Notes: a model not told the origin generated them from the sequence alone. A stretch of DNA of 64,000 nucleotides from Arcobacteraceae bacterium (GCA_963662945.1 OY759974.1:352001-416000), one strand, 5' to 3'; shown: positions 48,711 to 59,437, counted from the stretch's first letter. Numbers and translations are program-made.

Positions 48711-49743
48711 TTTTATTTATGTCCTTTTTAATATTTTCTTCTATTATACTATCACTTATAAATATTGATATCCAACGATATTTTTCACTACTATCAAATC
48801 CTATTTTTATAATAATTGTTAAAGGTACAGCTAAAAACATACCAATAGGACCAAAAATCCATCCCCAAACTATCATAGAAATAAAGATGATAAAGGTTGA
48901 TAATCCAACATTTTTACCCATAATCTTAGGTTCAATAAAATTACTAATAACTATATTTATAACCAAATACAAAAACATAATTAAAAGTGTATCTACCATA
49001 TTCAACTGTAATAAGGCAATTAACAATGCTGGAATTGCTGCAATTATTGAACCAATGCTTGGTATAAAGTTTAATAAAAATGCTATTATTCCAAAAAGCA
49101 ATGCATATTCCAGATTAAAAAAAGACAACATTATCCAAATAAGTAATCCTGTAGCAAAAGAAGTAAATGTTTTAGTTATAAAATATGTATTTACATTATT
49201 TAAAAACTCATTTAATCTGTTTTGATTCTCTTCATTAATTAATAATATTAATTTTTTTTCAAATAAAGATAATTCTAAAAAAAGAAACATTACGATCAAA
49301 ATAGTTATAAAACTATTTGTCAAAATATTACCCATATTTTTTAAAAACAATGCCGTATAGTTTATAATTTTAGTAGGTTCAAATAAACTAACTATCTTAC
49401 TCTTTTCCAAAGGGATACCAAGTTGTTCAAACAAACTAGTAATTTTAGGCGTAATTTCATGAAATTTATTTTGATACATTCCTATATTTGAACTTATATC
49501 CTCTACTGAAGATATTAAGAAAGTACTTATAAAAAATAAAATTACAACCATTAAACCAAAAACAATAATAGTGGTTAAAACATCAGGTAATCCTGACAAT
49601 CGTAATCTATTTGCCAAAGGAAGAAATAATACAAATAAAAAAATTGCCATTAAAAATGGTAAAACGATAGTACTCGCCATCTTTAATCCAGCAATTATTA
49701 TAATAAGATAAGCCAATGATTGTAAAATAGTTTTATTACCCAT
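48700..49743 (-). CDS. AI-2E-family transporter
   Basis: LNFIPSIGS, IEPKIMG, WGWIFGPIGMFLAVPLT. Confidence 0.9.
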   Translation of the reverse strand: MGNKTILQSLAYLIIIIAGLKMASTIVLPFLMAIFLFVLFLPLANRLRLSGLPDVLTTIIVFGLMVVILFFISTFLISSVEDISSNIGMYQNKFHEITPKITSLFEQLGIPLEKSKIVSLFEPTKIINYTALFLKNMGNILTNSFITILIVMFLFLELSLFEKKLILLINEENQNRLNEFLNNVNTYFITKTFTSFATGLLIWIMLSFFNLEYALLFGIIAFLLNFIPSIGSIIAAIPALLIALLQLNMVDTLLIMFLYLVINIVISNFIEPKIMGKNVGLSTFIIFISMIVWGWIFGPIGMFLAVPLTIIIKIGFDSSEKYRWISIFISDSIIEENIKKDINKNGK

Positions 49744-50365
49744 TTTTTTTCCTTTTATCTGGTCTTAGATAGCCATATAAGCAAAGTGCAACTATAGCCC
49801 CAATTGTATTTGCCAACATATCTTTTTGAGCATCCCAGTTATCACCTTGTGAACCTAAAAACTCTATTCCTGTATTGCCACCTTCAAACTGGGCATATAT
49901 CCATTCAACTATCTCATAACCACAAGCGATACTCATGATAAAAAAAAGTGCAAAAAAGATTGCTGTTATGTGATTTGTGTCTCTTTTTTTTATCATAAAT
50001 TCTGCTATGGGATACGCATATAAACCAACTAAAAAATGCCCTATTCTATCATAATGATTTCTTTGAAAATCGAAAAGCTGTGTGATAAAATCAAAAGGAA
50101 CATTTGCAAAAGTATAGTGTGCTCCAATTGTATGCCAAATCAAACCAATACTGATTAAAGTATATGACAAGTTTGTAAACCTAAATCTATCAAAAGTAAC
50201 TAATAACAATAAAAAAATACCAACTACTGGTAAAATTTCTACAATCCATACAGCTCTATCTATTGGTTCAATTGCCAATATAATAAAAAATACAAAAAGC
50301 AATAGTGCTAATATATGGGGATAATATTTTTTCTCATAATTTACTGTTTGCAATAGTTTTTCCAA
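49736..50365 (-). CDS. DUF2238 (YjdF-like) membrane protein
   Basis: IGAHYTFANVP, RNHYDRIGH, YEIVEW, FLGSQGDNWDAQKDM. Confidence 0.85.
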   Translation of the reverse strand: MEKLLQTVNYEKKYYPHILALLLFVFFIILAIEPIDRAVWIVEILPVVGIFLLLLVTFDRFRFTNLSYTLISIGLIWHTIGAHYTFANVPFDFITQLFDFQRNHYDRIGHFLVGLYAYPIAEFMIKKRDTNHITAIFFALFFIMSIACGYEIVEWIYAQFEGGNTGIEFLGSQGDNWDAQKDMLANTIGAIVALCLYGYLRPDKRKKNG

Positions 50366-51236
50366 TCTCTATCATTTTATACCCTTGAGTAAATTCATAA
50401 AATTCACAACTACCCCTTGGTATATCAATCATTATATCTGTATTATAGTTCTGAATATAATACTTTGATAAAATAGTTTGTGCTGTATCTAATGTTCTAC
50501 TCAATACAAAAGGTATATTTGGTTCCACAATATTTTCCTCTTTTGTTTTTTTAGAGGGTAAAATATCAAAAAACTGCCTAGGTATATGAGACTTGGCTTC
50601 TTCGAAAAAAGTTTTTACTTTACTGTACAATAATTCTTCTCTTGTTTTTTGTTCATCAGGAACTTTAATAGTATATTTATTCTCTATATTAGCATCAAGA
50701 TTGACTGCAATTATCAAATCTTCATTATTTTCTTCTATTGTATTGATTGGTAAGGGATTTAAAACTCCACCATCAACTAATATCATATCATTTTGAACTA
50801 TAGGAGAAAAAATTGTTGGTATTGATACTGAGGCTCTAATTGCATCAACCAATTTTCCTTTTGTAAATAAAACCTCTTTTTGTGTATTAATATCTGTTGC
50901 AACTGCTATATATTTTATATCTAAATCTTCTATATTAACATCACCAATCATTGTAGCAATCTTATCAAATACTTTTTGAGCATCGACTAAACCTCCACTC
51001 ATTGAAGAAAAACTAATAAGTTTAAAAATATCAAAATAATCTAAAGTTAATATCCATTGTTTAAATTCATCTAGTTTACCAGCGGCATAAAGTCCACCTA
51101 TTAAAGCACCCATAGATGAACCTGAGATAGCATTTATTTCATAACCTTTTTCTTGAAGTATCTCTATTACACCAATGTGAGCATACCCTCTTGCTCCACC
51201 ACTTCCTAATACTAAAGACACTTTTCTATTTAACAT
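50334..51236 (-). CDS. Patatin-like phospholipase (RssA-like)
   Basis: LGSGGARGYAHIGV, GSSMG nucleophile elbow, VDGG. Confidence 0.92.
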   Translation of the reverse strand: MLNRKVSLVLGSGGARGYAHIGVIEILQEKGYEINAISGSSMGALIGGLYAAGKLDEFKQWILTLDYFDIFKLISFSSMSGGLVDAQKVFDKIATMIGDVNIEDLDIKYIAVATDINTQKEVLFTKGKLVDAIRASVSIPTIFSPIVQNDMILVDGGVLNPLPINTIEENNEDLIIAVNLDANIENKYTIKVPDEQKTREELLYSKVKTFFEEAKSHIPRQFFDILPSKKTKEENIVEPNIPFVLSRTLDTAQTILSKYYIQNYNTDIMIDIPRGSCEFYEFTQGYKMIEIGKTIANSKL

Positions 51237-51359
51237 CTTAAAGGCTACCTTTGTTAATATTTATTTATGATTATATACTATAACTATTAAACATAAACGA
51301 CTATTAATAATTTAACAATTTAAGCTGTTAATCAGCAAATTGATACTATCATTCCCGTA

Positions 51360-51376
51360 AATGACTCAGAGTCATT
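51360..51376. promoter_or_regulatory. Perfect palindromic operator upstream of the efflux operon
   Basis: AATGACTC-A-GAGTCATT just downstream of a possible -10 TATCAT (51347-51352). Confidence 0.65.
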
Positions 51377-51423
51377 CATAATTATAACCAACAATAAATA
51401 AAATTAAAGAGTCAAGGAAAACT

Positions 51424-52545
51424 ATGCAAAAGTTCACAAAATCAATTATTGTAACAGTAGCTACACTGCTTGTGATGCCAACTATTAGCTTCTCAGCTGA
51501 ACCAGCAAAAAAAATGCCAGCACCAAAAGCAGATGTATATGTTATACCTCAAGCACAAGATTTACCAATCGTTTTGAAGTATCCAGCCCAAATTAAATCA
51601 TTTCAAAATATTAAAGTTGTTTCGAGAGTTTTAGGTGTTTTAGAGAGTAAACATTTTACAGAAGGACAAAAAGTAAATCAAGGTGATTTATTATATAAAA
51701 TAGAAGATGATGTTTATAAAGCTAGAGTAGATGCAGCTGCAGCTTCTGTTGAAATGAATAAAGCATCAATGAATAATGCTTCAAGAAATTGGGAAAGAAT
51801 TAAAAGACTTTATAAATCAAGATCAGTTAGTGATGAAAAAAGAGATGATGCTTTATCTGCTTTTGAACAAGCAACTGCTTCATATACAATGGCAAAAGCA
51901 CAGTTAGCCCAAGCAAAAATTGACTTTGACTTTACGAGTGTTAAAGCTCCAATCAGTGGGATTGTTGGATTAAAAAAAGTTGATATTGGAGATTTAGTTA
52001 CAAATAATCCTCCACAAGAACTTACTACAATAACACAAAACGAGAAAGTATTTATAGATTTTTCTATGCCTTTAAGTGATTATAAAAATATTAAAAACAA
52101 TTTATGGTCATTACCTGAAGATAATAAAATTAAAGTAAATATAGAAATAAACAATAAACCAACTACATACAATGGTATTATAGACTTTATAGATGTAAAT
52201 ATAAATCAAAATACTTCAACAGTAAAAATGAGAGCTATTGTTGATAATAATGATAATTTTTTAATGCCAGGAAATTTTATAAGAGTAGTTCTTAATGATA
52301 TCGTACAAAAAAACGTTATCACTATACCACAAAAAGCTGTTTTACAAAATCCTATGGGAACTATTGTATTTGTAGAAAATGGTGGAAAAGTTGGAGTTAA
52401 ACCTGTAATGATAGGAAAAGAAACAGGTGATAAATATGTTGTAGCTGGTGGACCACTTCAAAGTGGCGATAGAGTAATTGTAAATAATTTCTTTAGAGTA
52501 AAACCAGGTGCTGATGTTGTTGTAGACAAAATAATTAATAAATAA
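51424..52545 (+). CDS. RND periplasmic adaptor (AcrA/CmeA-like)
   Basis: Signal peptide, EGQKVNQGDLLYKI, VKAPISGIVG, LMPGNF. Confidence 0.92.
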   Translation: MQKFTKSIIVTVATLLVMPTISFSAEPAKKMPAPKADVYVIPQAQDLPIVLKYPAQIKSFQNIKVVSRVLGVLESKHFTEGQKVNQGDLLYKIEDDVYKARVDAAAASVEMNKASMNNASRNWERIKRLYKSRSVSDEKRDDALSAFEQATASYTMAKAQLAQAKIDFDFTSVKAPISGIVGLKKVDIGDLVTNNPPQELTTITQNEKVFIDFSMPLSDYKNIKNNLWSLPEDNKIKVNIEINNKPTTYNGIIDFIDVNINQNTSTVKMRAIVDNNDNFLMPGNFIRVVLNDIVQKNVITIPQKAVLQNPMGTIVFVENGGKVGVKPVMIGKETGDKYVVAGGPLQSGDRVIVNNFFRVKPGADVVVDKIINK

Positions 52546-52554
52546 GGTAACTAG

Positions 52555-55500
52555 ATGTTTTCAAAGTTTTTTATCAATAGACCTATATTTGCAACAGTAA
52601 TATCAATTTTGATAATACTTGCAGGTATAATCTCTATAAATATACTTCCAGTTAAAGAGTATCCAGCTGTTACTCCACCTCAGATAAATGTACAAGCTAC
52701 TTATCCAGGAGCTGATGCAGCAACACTTTCCGCAACAGTAGCAACTACACTAGAAAATGCAATCAATGGTGTAGAAAATATGACATATATGACATCTACT
52801 GCGAGTCCAAGTGGTGTATTATCTGTTAGCATTATTTTTGAAGTTGGAACTGATGTAGCACAAGCAAAAGTTGATGTAAATAACCGTGTACAACTTGCAT
52901 TAAATAAATTACCTGCAGAGGTACAACGACAAGGGATTACAGTAAAAGAAAGATCACCAGATATGTTAAAGGTTCTTGCTTTTAGTTCAAAAAACAATGT
53001 ACATGATACAACATTTATCTCAAACTACCTTACAATCAATGTTATTGATGATTTAAAAAGAATTAAAGGCATTGGTGATGTTATGGTTTTTGGAGCAAAA
53101 GATTATGCTATAAGAATCTGGATTGATCCTGATAAATTAGCATTTTATAATCTTATTCCAAGTGATGTAAATGAATTAATTCAAAGTCAAAATAACCAAT
53201 ATGCAACTGGTACAGTTGGTGCTGAACCAATAAAGCAAGTAACACCATTTACTTATTCAATAGCAACAGAAGGTCGTTTAAAAAATGTTGAAGCGTTTGA
53301 AAATATTATTATCCGTTCAAATGCAGATGGCTCAACACTAAAATTAAAAGATATCGCACAAGTTAAACTTGGTTCTGATGCATTTAATACTTTAGGAAGA
53401 TACAATACAAATCCAATGATGCCTGTTGGTATATTTCTTACACCTGGTGCAAATGCTTTAGAGGTTTCAAAAGCTATAGATGATACTTTGGCAGAATTAA
53501 AAACAAAATTTCCTGAAGATTTAGAATATAAAGTACCTTATGATGCAACATTATTTGTAAATGAATCAATTAAAGAGGTTATTAAAACTTTGCTTGAAGC
53601 AATTGTATTTGTTACAATTCTTATTTATTTGTTTTTAGGAAATTTACGAGCTACAATTATACCTGTTCTTGCAATTCCTGTATCTGTTATAGGTACTTTT
53701 GCTGGACTTTATGCCGCAGGTTTTTCGATTAATTTACTTACTTTATTTGGTATGATTTTGGCTATTGGACTTGTTGTTGATGATGCTATTATCGTTATCG
53801 AAAATGTTGAAAGAATATTACGAACTAAAACTATTAGTGTAAAAGATGCCACAATAGAAGCAATGAAAGAACTTACTACACCTCTTGTAGCTATTATTCT
53901 TGTACTATCTGCTGTATTTATTCCTGCTGCTTTAAGTGGTGGATTTAGTGGGGTTATGTATAAACAATTTGCTATTACTATTGTTATAGCTGTTGTTATC
54001 TCTGGACTTGTGGCATTGACACTTACTCCTGCTTTATGTGCTATATTTTTAAAAGAGCACGAGGAAGAACCAATCTATCCTATTAAAAGATTTAACGATT
54101 TTTTTGATTGGCTTACAATAAAATTTTTAGGTATCACTAAACAAACTATCAAAAAATGGACTTTTTCTCTTTTATTATTTGCTGGTCTTTTAGTTTCTAC
54201 CTATGGTATTATGAAACATACTCCAACAGGACTTGTTCCTACTGAAGATAAAGGTGTATTAATGGTCCTTACATACCTTATGCCATCAACTTCACTTGGT
54301 GAATCATCAAAAATAACAAAAGATATAGAACAACAACTCTTAAAAAATCCAAATGTTATAGGAGTTGGGGCAATTACAGGTATTGATATTGTTACTTTTG
54401 CATATAAAACAGATGCAGCTTTAATGTTTGCAATGCTAAAACCTTGGGATGAAAGACCAGCTGCAAACCAAAGTTCTCAAGTTTTAGCAGGACAACTAAT
54501 GGGACAATTTATGCAAGGAAAAGATGCTTTTGTAATTCCAGTTAATCCACCTCCAATTAGAGGTATGAGTACAACTGGTGGATTTGAGATGTGGATTCAA
54601 GATAGAACAGGTGGAGAACTTGCTACTTTAAATCAATACACACAAGAGATTATAGGTAAGGCTGCTACTGATCCTAGACTTTCAGGAGTAAGAACTACAT
54701 TAAATACAAATGTACCACAATATTTATTGACAGTTGATAGACAAAAAGCAAAAGCAATAAATGTAACAATTGATTCAATTTTTGAGAATATTCAAAATAC
54801 TTTTGGAAAAGGATATATAAATGATTTTAACTTATATGGACGAACTTTCCATGTAAATATTCAATCTGAATCACAATATAGAGCAACCCAAGAGCAATTC
54901 AAAAACATATATGTACGATCTAGTGATGGAGTTCTTGTACCAGTAAGTGAACTTGTAAAACTAGAACGCAAAGTAAATGCAAGTGTAATAGAAAGATTTA
55001 ATATGTTCTCATCTGCAAAAGTTACTGGAAATCCTGGTGCTGGATATGCTTCAAGTGATGCAATCAATGCAATTGAAGAGATAGCTACAAGTGTTCTTCC
55101 AGATGGATATACAATCGCTTGGGCTGGAACATCATACCAAGAGAAAAAACTTTCAAATGAGGGAAGCTATACATCTTTATATGCAGCCATATTTGTATTT
55201 TTAATTCTTGCTGCATTGTATGAAAGCTGGAGTATCCCAATGGCAGTTATCATCTCTATCCCTTTTGCTATTTTTGGAGCTGCTGTTGCAGTATTTTTAA
55301 GAGGCTTAGAATCAGATATATATTTCCAAGTTGGACTTGTCACACTGGTTGGATTAAGTGCTAAAAATGCTATTTTAATAGTTGAGTTCGCAATGGATAA
55401 ACTAAGAAATGGTATGACATTGTTTGATGCGACTATTGAGGCTGCACGATTAAGATTTAGACCTATCGTTATGACTTCATTAGCATTTATTGTAGGAACA

Positions 55501-55677
55501 TTGCCACTTGCTTTAAGTAGTGGTGCTGGAAGTGCAAGTCGTCATATCATTGGTACAACTGTTGTTGGTGGTATGATTTCTGCTATGGTTATTGGAGTAT
55601 TATTTATCCCTCTATTCTTCTATCTTGTAGTAAGAGTAAAACAAAAATTCAGTAAATCAGAAGAGATAGGTAAATAA
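52555..55677 (+). CDS. HAE1 RND efflux transporter (AcrB/CmeB-like)
   Basis: MFSKFFINRPIFA, GLVVDDAIIVIENVER, AKNAILIVEFA, RFRPIVMTS. Confidence 0.94.
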   Translation: MFSKFFINRPIFATVISILIILAGIISINILPVKEYPAVTPPQINVQATYPGADAATLSATVATTLENAINGVENMTYMTSTASPSGVLSVSIIFEVGTDVAQAKVDVNNRVQLALNKLPAEVQRQGITVKERSPDMLKVLAFSSKNNVHDTTFISNYLTINVIDDLKRIKGIGDVMVFGAKDYAIRIWIDPDKLAFYNLIPSDVNELIQSQNNQYATGTVGAEPIKQVTPFTYSIATEGRLKNVEAFENIIIRSNADGSTLKLKDIAQVKLGSDAFNTLGRYNTNPMMPVGIFLTPGANALEVSKAIDDTLAELKTKFPEDLEYKVPYDATLFVNESIKEVIKTLLEAIVFVTILIYLFLGNLRATIIPVLAIPVSVIGTFAGLYAAGFSINLLTLFGMILAIGLVVDDAIIVIENVERILRTKTISVKDATIEAMKELTTPLVAIILVLSAVFIPAALSGGFSGVMYKQFAITIVIAVVISGLVALTLTPALCAIFLKEHEEEPIYPIKRFNDFFDWLTIKFLGITKQTIKKWTFSLLLFAGLLVSTYGIMKHTPTGLVPTEDKGVLMVLTYLMPSTSLGESSKITKDIEQQLLKNPNVIGVGAITGIDIVTFAYKTDAALMFAMLKPWDERPAANQSSQVLAGQLMGQFMQGKDAFVIPVNPPPIRGMSTTGGFEMWIQDRTGGELATLNQYTQEIIGKAATDPRLSGVRTTLNTNVPQYLLTVDRQKAKAINVTIDSIFENIQNTFGKGYINDFNLYGRTFHVNIQSESQYRATQEQFKNIYVRSSDGVLVPVSELVKLERKVNASVIERFNMFSSAKVTGNPGAGYASSDAINAIEEIATSVLPDGYTIAWAGTSYQEKKLSNEGSYTSLYAAIFVFLILAALYESWSIPMAVIISIPFAIFGAAVAVFLRGLESDIYFQVGLVTLVGLSAKNAILIVEFAMDKLRNGMTLFDATIEAARLRFRPIVMTSLAFIVGTLPLALSSGAGSASRHIIGTTVVGGMISAMVIGVLFIPLFFYLVVRVKQKFSKSEEIGK

Positions 55678-55701
55678 CACTACCTCAAAAGAGGTGATTA
55701 T

Positions 55702-56817
55702 ATGAATAATTTATTTTTGAATTATGAGAATGAAAAACTCACCCTTGTTTTCAAGGGTGAATTTATCTTATATAGTATTTCAAAATATCAAAACTTGATT
55801 GATACTATTGATTTTTCAAAATTTACAACAATCACTATAGACTTATCAGAACTTACTTTTATAGATACAGCCTCAGCTATCTATATCACAAACTTATATG
55901 ATAAATACTTATCAAACAAAACAACTGTAATTATAAATACACCAAATCAAAATATACGTAATACATTAGACCTTGTGCAAACAAAAAAAACACCCAATAC
56001 GCTCTTTCTATATACAAAACAAAACAACATCATAAAGTATATAGGAGAAATGGCATCTAAATATTATTATGCTTTCATACAATTTTTAGCTTTTTTAGGA
56101 GAGATGTTTGTTCATTTTCTTTATTTATTAAAATCACCAAAAAGTATAAGATATAAAGAAATTTTATTTGAAATGAATGAAAGTGCTATTAAAGCTTTTT
56201 TTATAATTGCATTAAGCAGCTTTCTCATAGGAATTGTTGTAGCGTATCAATCTGCCAACCAATTAAGCTTATATGGGGCAAATATATTTATCGTTGATAT
56301 GATAGGACTTTCTATGCTGAGAGAATTGTCACCTATTATTACAGCTGTCATCATCGCTGGACGAAGTGGTTCTTCATATACTGCCCAAATTGGTGCTATG
56401 AAAATTACACAAGAATTAGATGCTATGAAAACTATGGGATTTGATCCTTATAGATTTCTAGTTTTACCTCGTGTACTTGCATTGATTATAATGATGCCTA
56501 TTTTAATTTTTATCTCAGATGTCATGGCTGTTTTTGGTGGGATGTTAATCGCAAATATAGATTTGGGACTTAGTTATAATTTATTTTTAGATAGGTTTAG
56601 TAATGTTATTGAGTTGAGACATTTTTTAGTTGGTATTATCAAGGGACCTTTTTTTGCAATAATTATTGCTTCTATATCTATCTATAGAGGGTTAATGGTA
56701 AAAGATGATACTCAAAGTATAGGTTATAATACTACAAAAAGTGTTGTTGAATCAATATTTGCCGTTATTATTTGTGATGCCATTTTTTCTATCATATTTA
56801 CAAATTTGGGTATTTAA
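55702..56817 (+). CDS. mlaE: MlaE-family ABC permease with N-terminal STAS-like domain
   Basis: DLSELTFIDTA STAS motif; LRELSP, AGRSGSSYTAQIGAMKITQELDAM, VGIIKG. Confidence 0.88.
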   Translation: MNNLFLNYENEKLTLVFKGEFILYSISKYQNLIDTIDFSKFTTITIDLSELTFIDTASAIYITNLYDKYLSNKTTVIINTPNQNIRNTLDLVQTKKTPNTLFLYTKQNNIIKYIGEMASKYYYAFIQFLAFLGEMFVHFLYLLKSPKSIRYKEILFEMNESAIKAFFIIALSSFLIGIVVAYQSANQLSLYGANIFIVDMIGLSMLRELSPIITAVIIAGRSGSSYTAQIGAMKITQELDAMKTMGFDPYRFLVLPRVLALIIMMPILIFISDVMAVFGGMLIANIDLGLSYNLFLDRFSNVIELRHFLVGIIKGPFFAIIIASISIYRGLMVKDDTQSIGYNTTKSVVESIFAVIICDAIFSIIFTNLGI

Positions 56818-57557
56818 TGAAAACTATAATAGAAGTAAAAGAACTCAAAACAATTTTTGGAGACAATATTGTCCATAATGGCTTGAATTTAAGTATCAAT
56901 GATGGTGAAATATATGGACTTTTAGGTCCTAGTGGTTGTGGAAAGACTACATTACTTAGAGAAATTGTTATGCTTGAAAAAATACATAGTGGAACTATTA
57001 ATATTTTAGGAAAAAATCTAGCAAATATTAATCCCCAAGAGGCTCAAAACTTAAGACAACAATGGGGAGTTTTATTTCAATTTGGTGCATTATTCTCTTC
57101 TTTGACACTTGCACAAAATATTGCTTTACCTTTACAAGAATATACAGATTTAAATGAAAAAATGATAAAAGAAATTGTAGCTTTTAAGATTCATATCGTA
57201 GGACTTAAACTCTCAGACGCTTCACTTTATCCATCACAAATAAGTGGTGGAATGAAAAAGAAGGCAGCTCTTGCTCGTGCTTTAGCTCTTGATCCAAAAC
57301 TTTTATTTTTAGATGAACCAACAAGTGGCTTAGACCCTATTTCAGCTAGAGAGTTTGATAAACTTATTGTGAATTTAAGAGATTTATTAAAACTCACTAT
57401 AGTAATGGTTTCCCATGATTTAAAATCAATTCATAACACTATGGATAGATTTGCAGTTATTGACGATAAAAAAATTGTTTATGAGGGTGCTTTAGATAAT
57501 ATAAGTTCAATAAACAGTGAATTTATCAATACATTTTTTTTTGGAGGTGATATATAG
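56817..57557 (+). CDS. mlaF: MlaF-family ABC ATPase
   Basis: GPSGCGKTT, GVLFQFGALFSSL, ISGGMKKK, LDEPTSGLDP. Confidence 0.9.
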   Translation: MKTIIEVKELKTIFGDNIVHNGLNLSINDGEIYGLLGPSGCGKTTLLREIVMLEKIHSGTINILGKNLANINPQEAQNLRQQWGVLFQFGALFSSLTLAQNIALPLQEYTDLNEKMIKEIVAFKIHIVGLKLSDASLYPSQISGGMKKKAALARALALDPKLLFLDEPTSGLDPISAREFDKLIVNLRDLLKLTIVMVSHDLKSIHNTMDRFAVIDDKKIVYEGALDNISSINSEFINTFFFGGDI

Positions 57558-57558
57558 T

Positions 57559-58517
57559 ATGAATAATAGAGTCAATTATACTTTTGTTGGATTGTTAGTA
57601 ATTATTGGATTTACCATGATAATGATTTTTTCTTATTGGTTATTGAAACCTGAACAAGAAAAAGAAACAAAAAAATACCTTATTCGTTTTGATGAATCAG
57701 TTTTAGGTTTAAATGTTGATTCCGTTGTGAAGTATAGAGGTATTGATGTAGGAAAAGTAAGTAGCATTAAAATCAGTCCAAAAAATACAGAACAAGTTGA
57801 AGTTCTTATTACTATTTTAAAAACTACACCAATCAAAGAAAAAACTGTAGCAAAATTAACTTCTCAAGGGATAACAGGATTAAGTTATATTAATCTTAAC
57901 CTAGGAGATAATAACGCACCATTTTTAAAAGTTCAAGATGGGGAACAATATCCAGTAATTAAAACTACCCCTTCTTTATTTGAAAATATTGAGAAATCAA
58001 TGGATAGTGTTTCAGATAAAATTTCAAAAGTCTTATCAAACATAGAAAAGTACTTAATGAAGGAAATCAAGAACAATTTGCACTTCTGTTAAAACAAACT
58101 GCTGATTTTATGAATAAAATGGATCAAATGATTGATAAAAAAAGTATCAATCATTTTCATAATATTTTAGAAAACTCAAATAATATAACATATAAAATTG
58201 ATAACTTTATACCAAAACTCGAAACTTTAGTGACAAATACTACTGATTTTGAAAACAATTTAACACAAGATATAAATTCTATTACAAAGAGTTATTTATC
58301 AGTTAGAGCTGCAATGAATGAAATTGAAAAAGCAATGGCAAGTGGTGATTTTAATTTCAAAGATATGACAAAAGATACTATTCCACACCTTAATAATACA
58401 CTTATAGAAATGGAATCACTTATGCTACAACTTAAAGAATCCTTGAAAAGTTATAATAGAAGTCCAGCTGATATTATTTTTAAAACAGAAGAGATTAAAA
58501 AAGGTCCAGGAGAGTAA
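57559..58517 (+). pseudogene. mlaD: MlaD/MCE-family protein split by a 1-nt frameshift (real lesion or sequencing error)
   Basis: MCE motifs (SVLGLNVDSVVKYRGIDVGKV, QGITGLSYINL). One extra A in the run at 58046-58049 joins the two ORFs (57517-58092 and 58110-58517) through IEKVLNEGNQEQFALLLKQTADFMNK. Confidence 0.8.
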
Positions 58518-58520
58518 AGT

Positions 58521-59117
58521 ATGCTAAAAAATATAAGTTTATTTATTGTTATGATAGTTTTTATTGGATGTAGTATCAAACAACCTTATACTACAGAGTA
58601 TAAAATGGAAATAAAAGAATTTCCAAAGAATCAAATTGTAAAAAATTGTAATAAAAAAAGTATAAAAATCATTCAAGCTTTTAGTGATGATACTCTTATG
58701 AGTACTAATATGAATTATGTTTTAGGGAAATATAAAGAATACTCTTTTACTCAATCTCAATGGAGTATTCCAGTAAATCAAATGGTTACATTACATTTAA
58801 CTAATATGTTAAATCAATTAAATATTTTTAAAAGTGTACAAAACTATAAGTCAATCACAACCGATGACTATATACTTCAAAGTAATATAATAGATTTTAA
58901 ACAATATTTTAGTGAAGATTCTAAGTCATCTTATGTAAAAGTCATAATCAATATCTCTTTAATAGATTATAATTCAAATACAACTATCCAGTCCAAAACA
59001 TTTTCATCTACTATAAAGACAGATACATTAGATGCTTATGGTGGAGTAAAAGCTTTAAATAAAGCATTTTCAAATGTGTTAGAAGATATTGCTAAATGGA
59101 TTGTGATTAGTTGTTAA
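58521..59117 (+). CDS. PqiC-like ABC transport auxiliary lipoprotein
   Basis: Lipobox FIGC; SQWSIP, IIDFKQYF, GGVKALN; last gene of the mla-like operon. Confidence 0.75.
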   Translation: MLKNISLFIVMIVFIGCSIKQPYTTEYKMEIKEFPKNQIVKNCNKKSIKIIQAFSDDTLMSTNMNYVLGKYKEYSFTQSQWSIPVNQMVTLHLTNMLNQLNIFKSVQNYKSITTDDYILQSNIIDFKQYFSEDSKSSYVKVIINISLIDYNSNTTIQSKTFSSTIKTDTLDAYGGVKALNKAFSNVLEDIAKWIVISC

Positions 59118-59139
59118 ACACTTCATTTAGCACGTAGTA

Positions 59140-59370
59140 TTATTTCTTTTTATTCTTTTTCTTTGCAGCTTTTGCCAGTTTTGCATTTTTCTTTTTCTTT
59201 GCTTTTTGAGCTTCTAAATTCACACCTTTTCTCGCATTCACTATTTGTTCTTTCTTATCAGCTGCATCTGGTGCAAAGCCTGCCTTTAAATTATTTTTAA
59301 AAACGTTCATTTTTTGTGCTATTCTATCACCTTTTGTTGTATCAACACTTGATGTGTTTGCTCTTCCCAT
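59140..59370 (-). CDS. Small Lys/Ala-rich basic protein
   Basis: 76 aa, SD AAGGTG, KAKKKKNAKLAKAAKKKNKKK tail; fills the gap between flanking genes. Confidence 0.7.
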   Translation of the reverse strand: MGRANTSSVDTTKGDRIAQKMNVFKNNLKAGFAPDAADKKEQIVNARKGVNLEAQKAKKKKNAKLAKAAKKKNKKK

Positions 59371-59437
59371 TATTCACCTTATTGTTTTAGTGATGACAGT
59401 ATAGTAAATTTTCAATTGTGATATGGTTAAATCCTTT

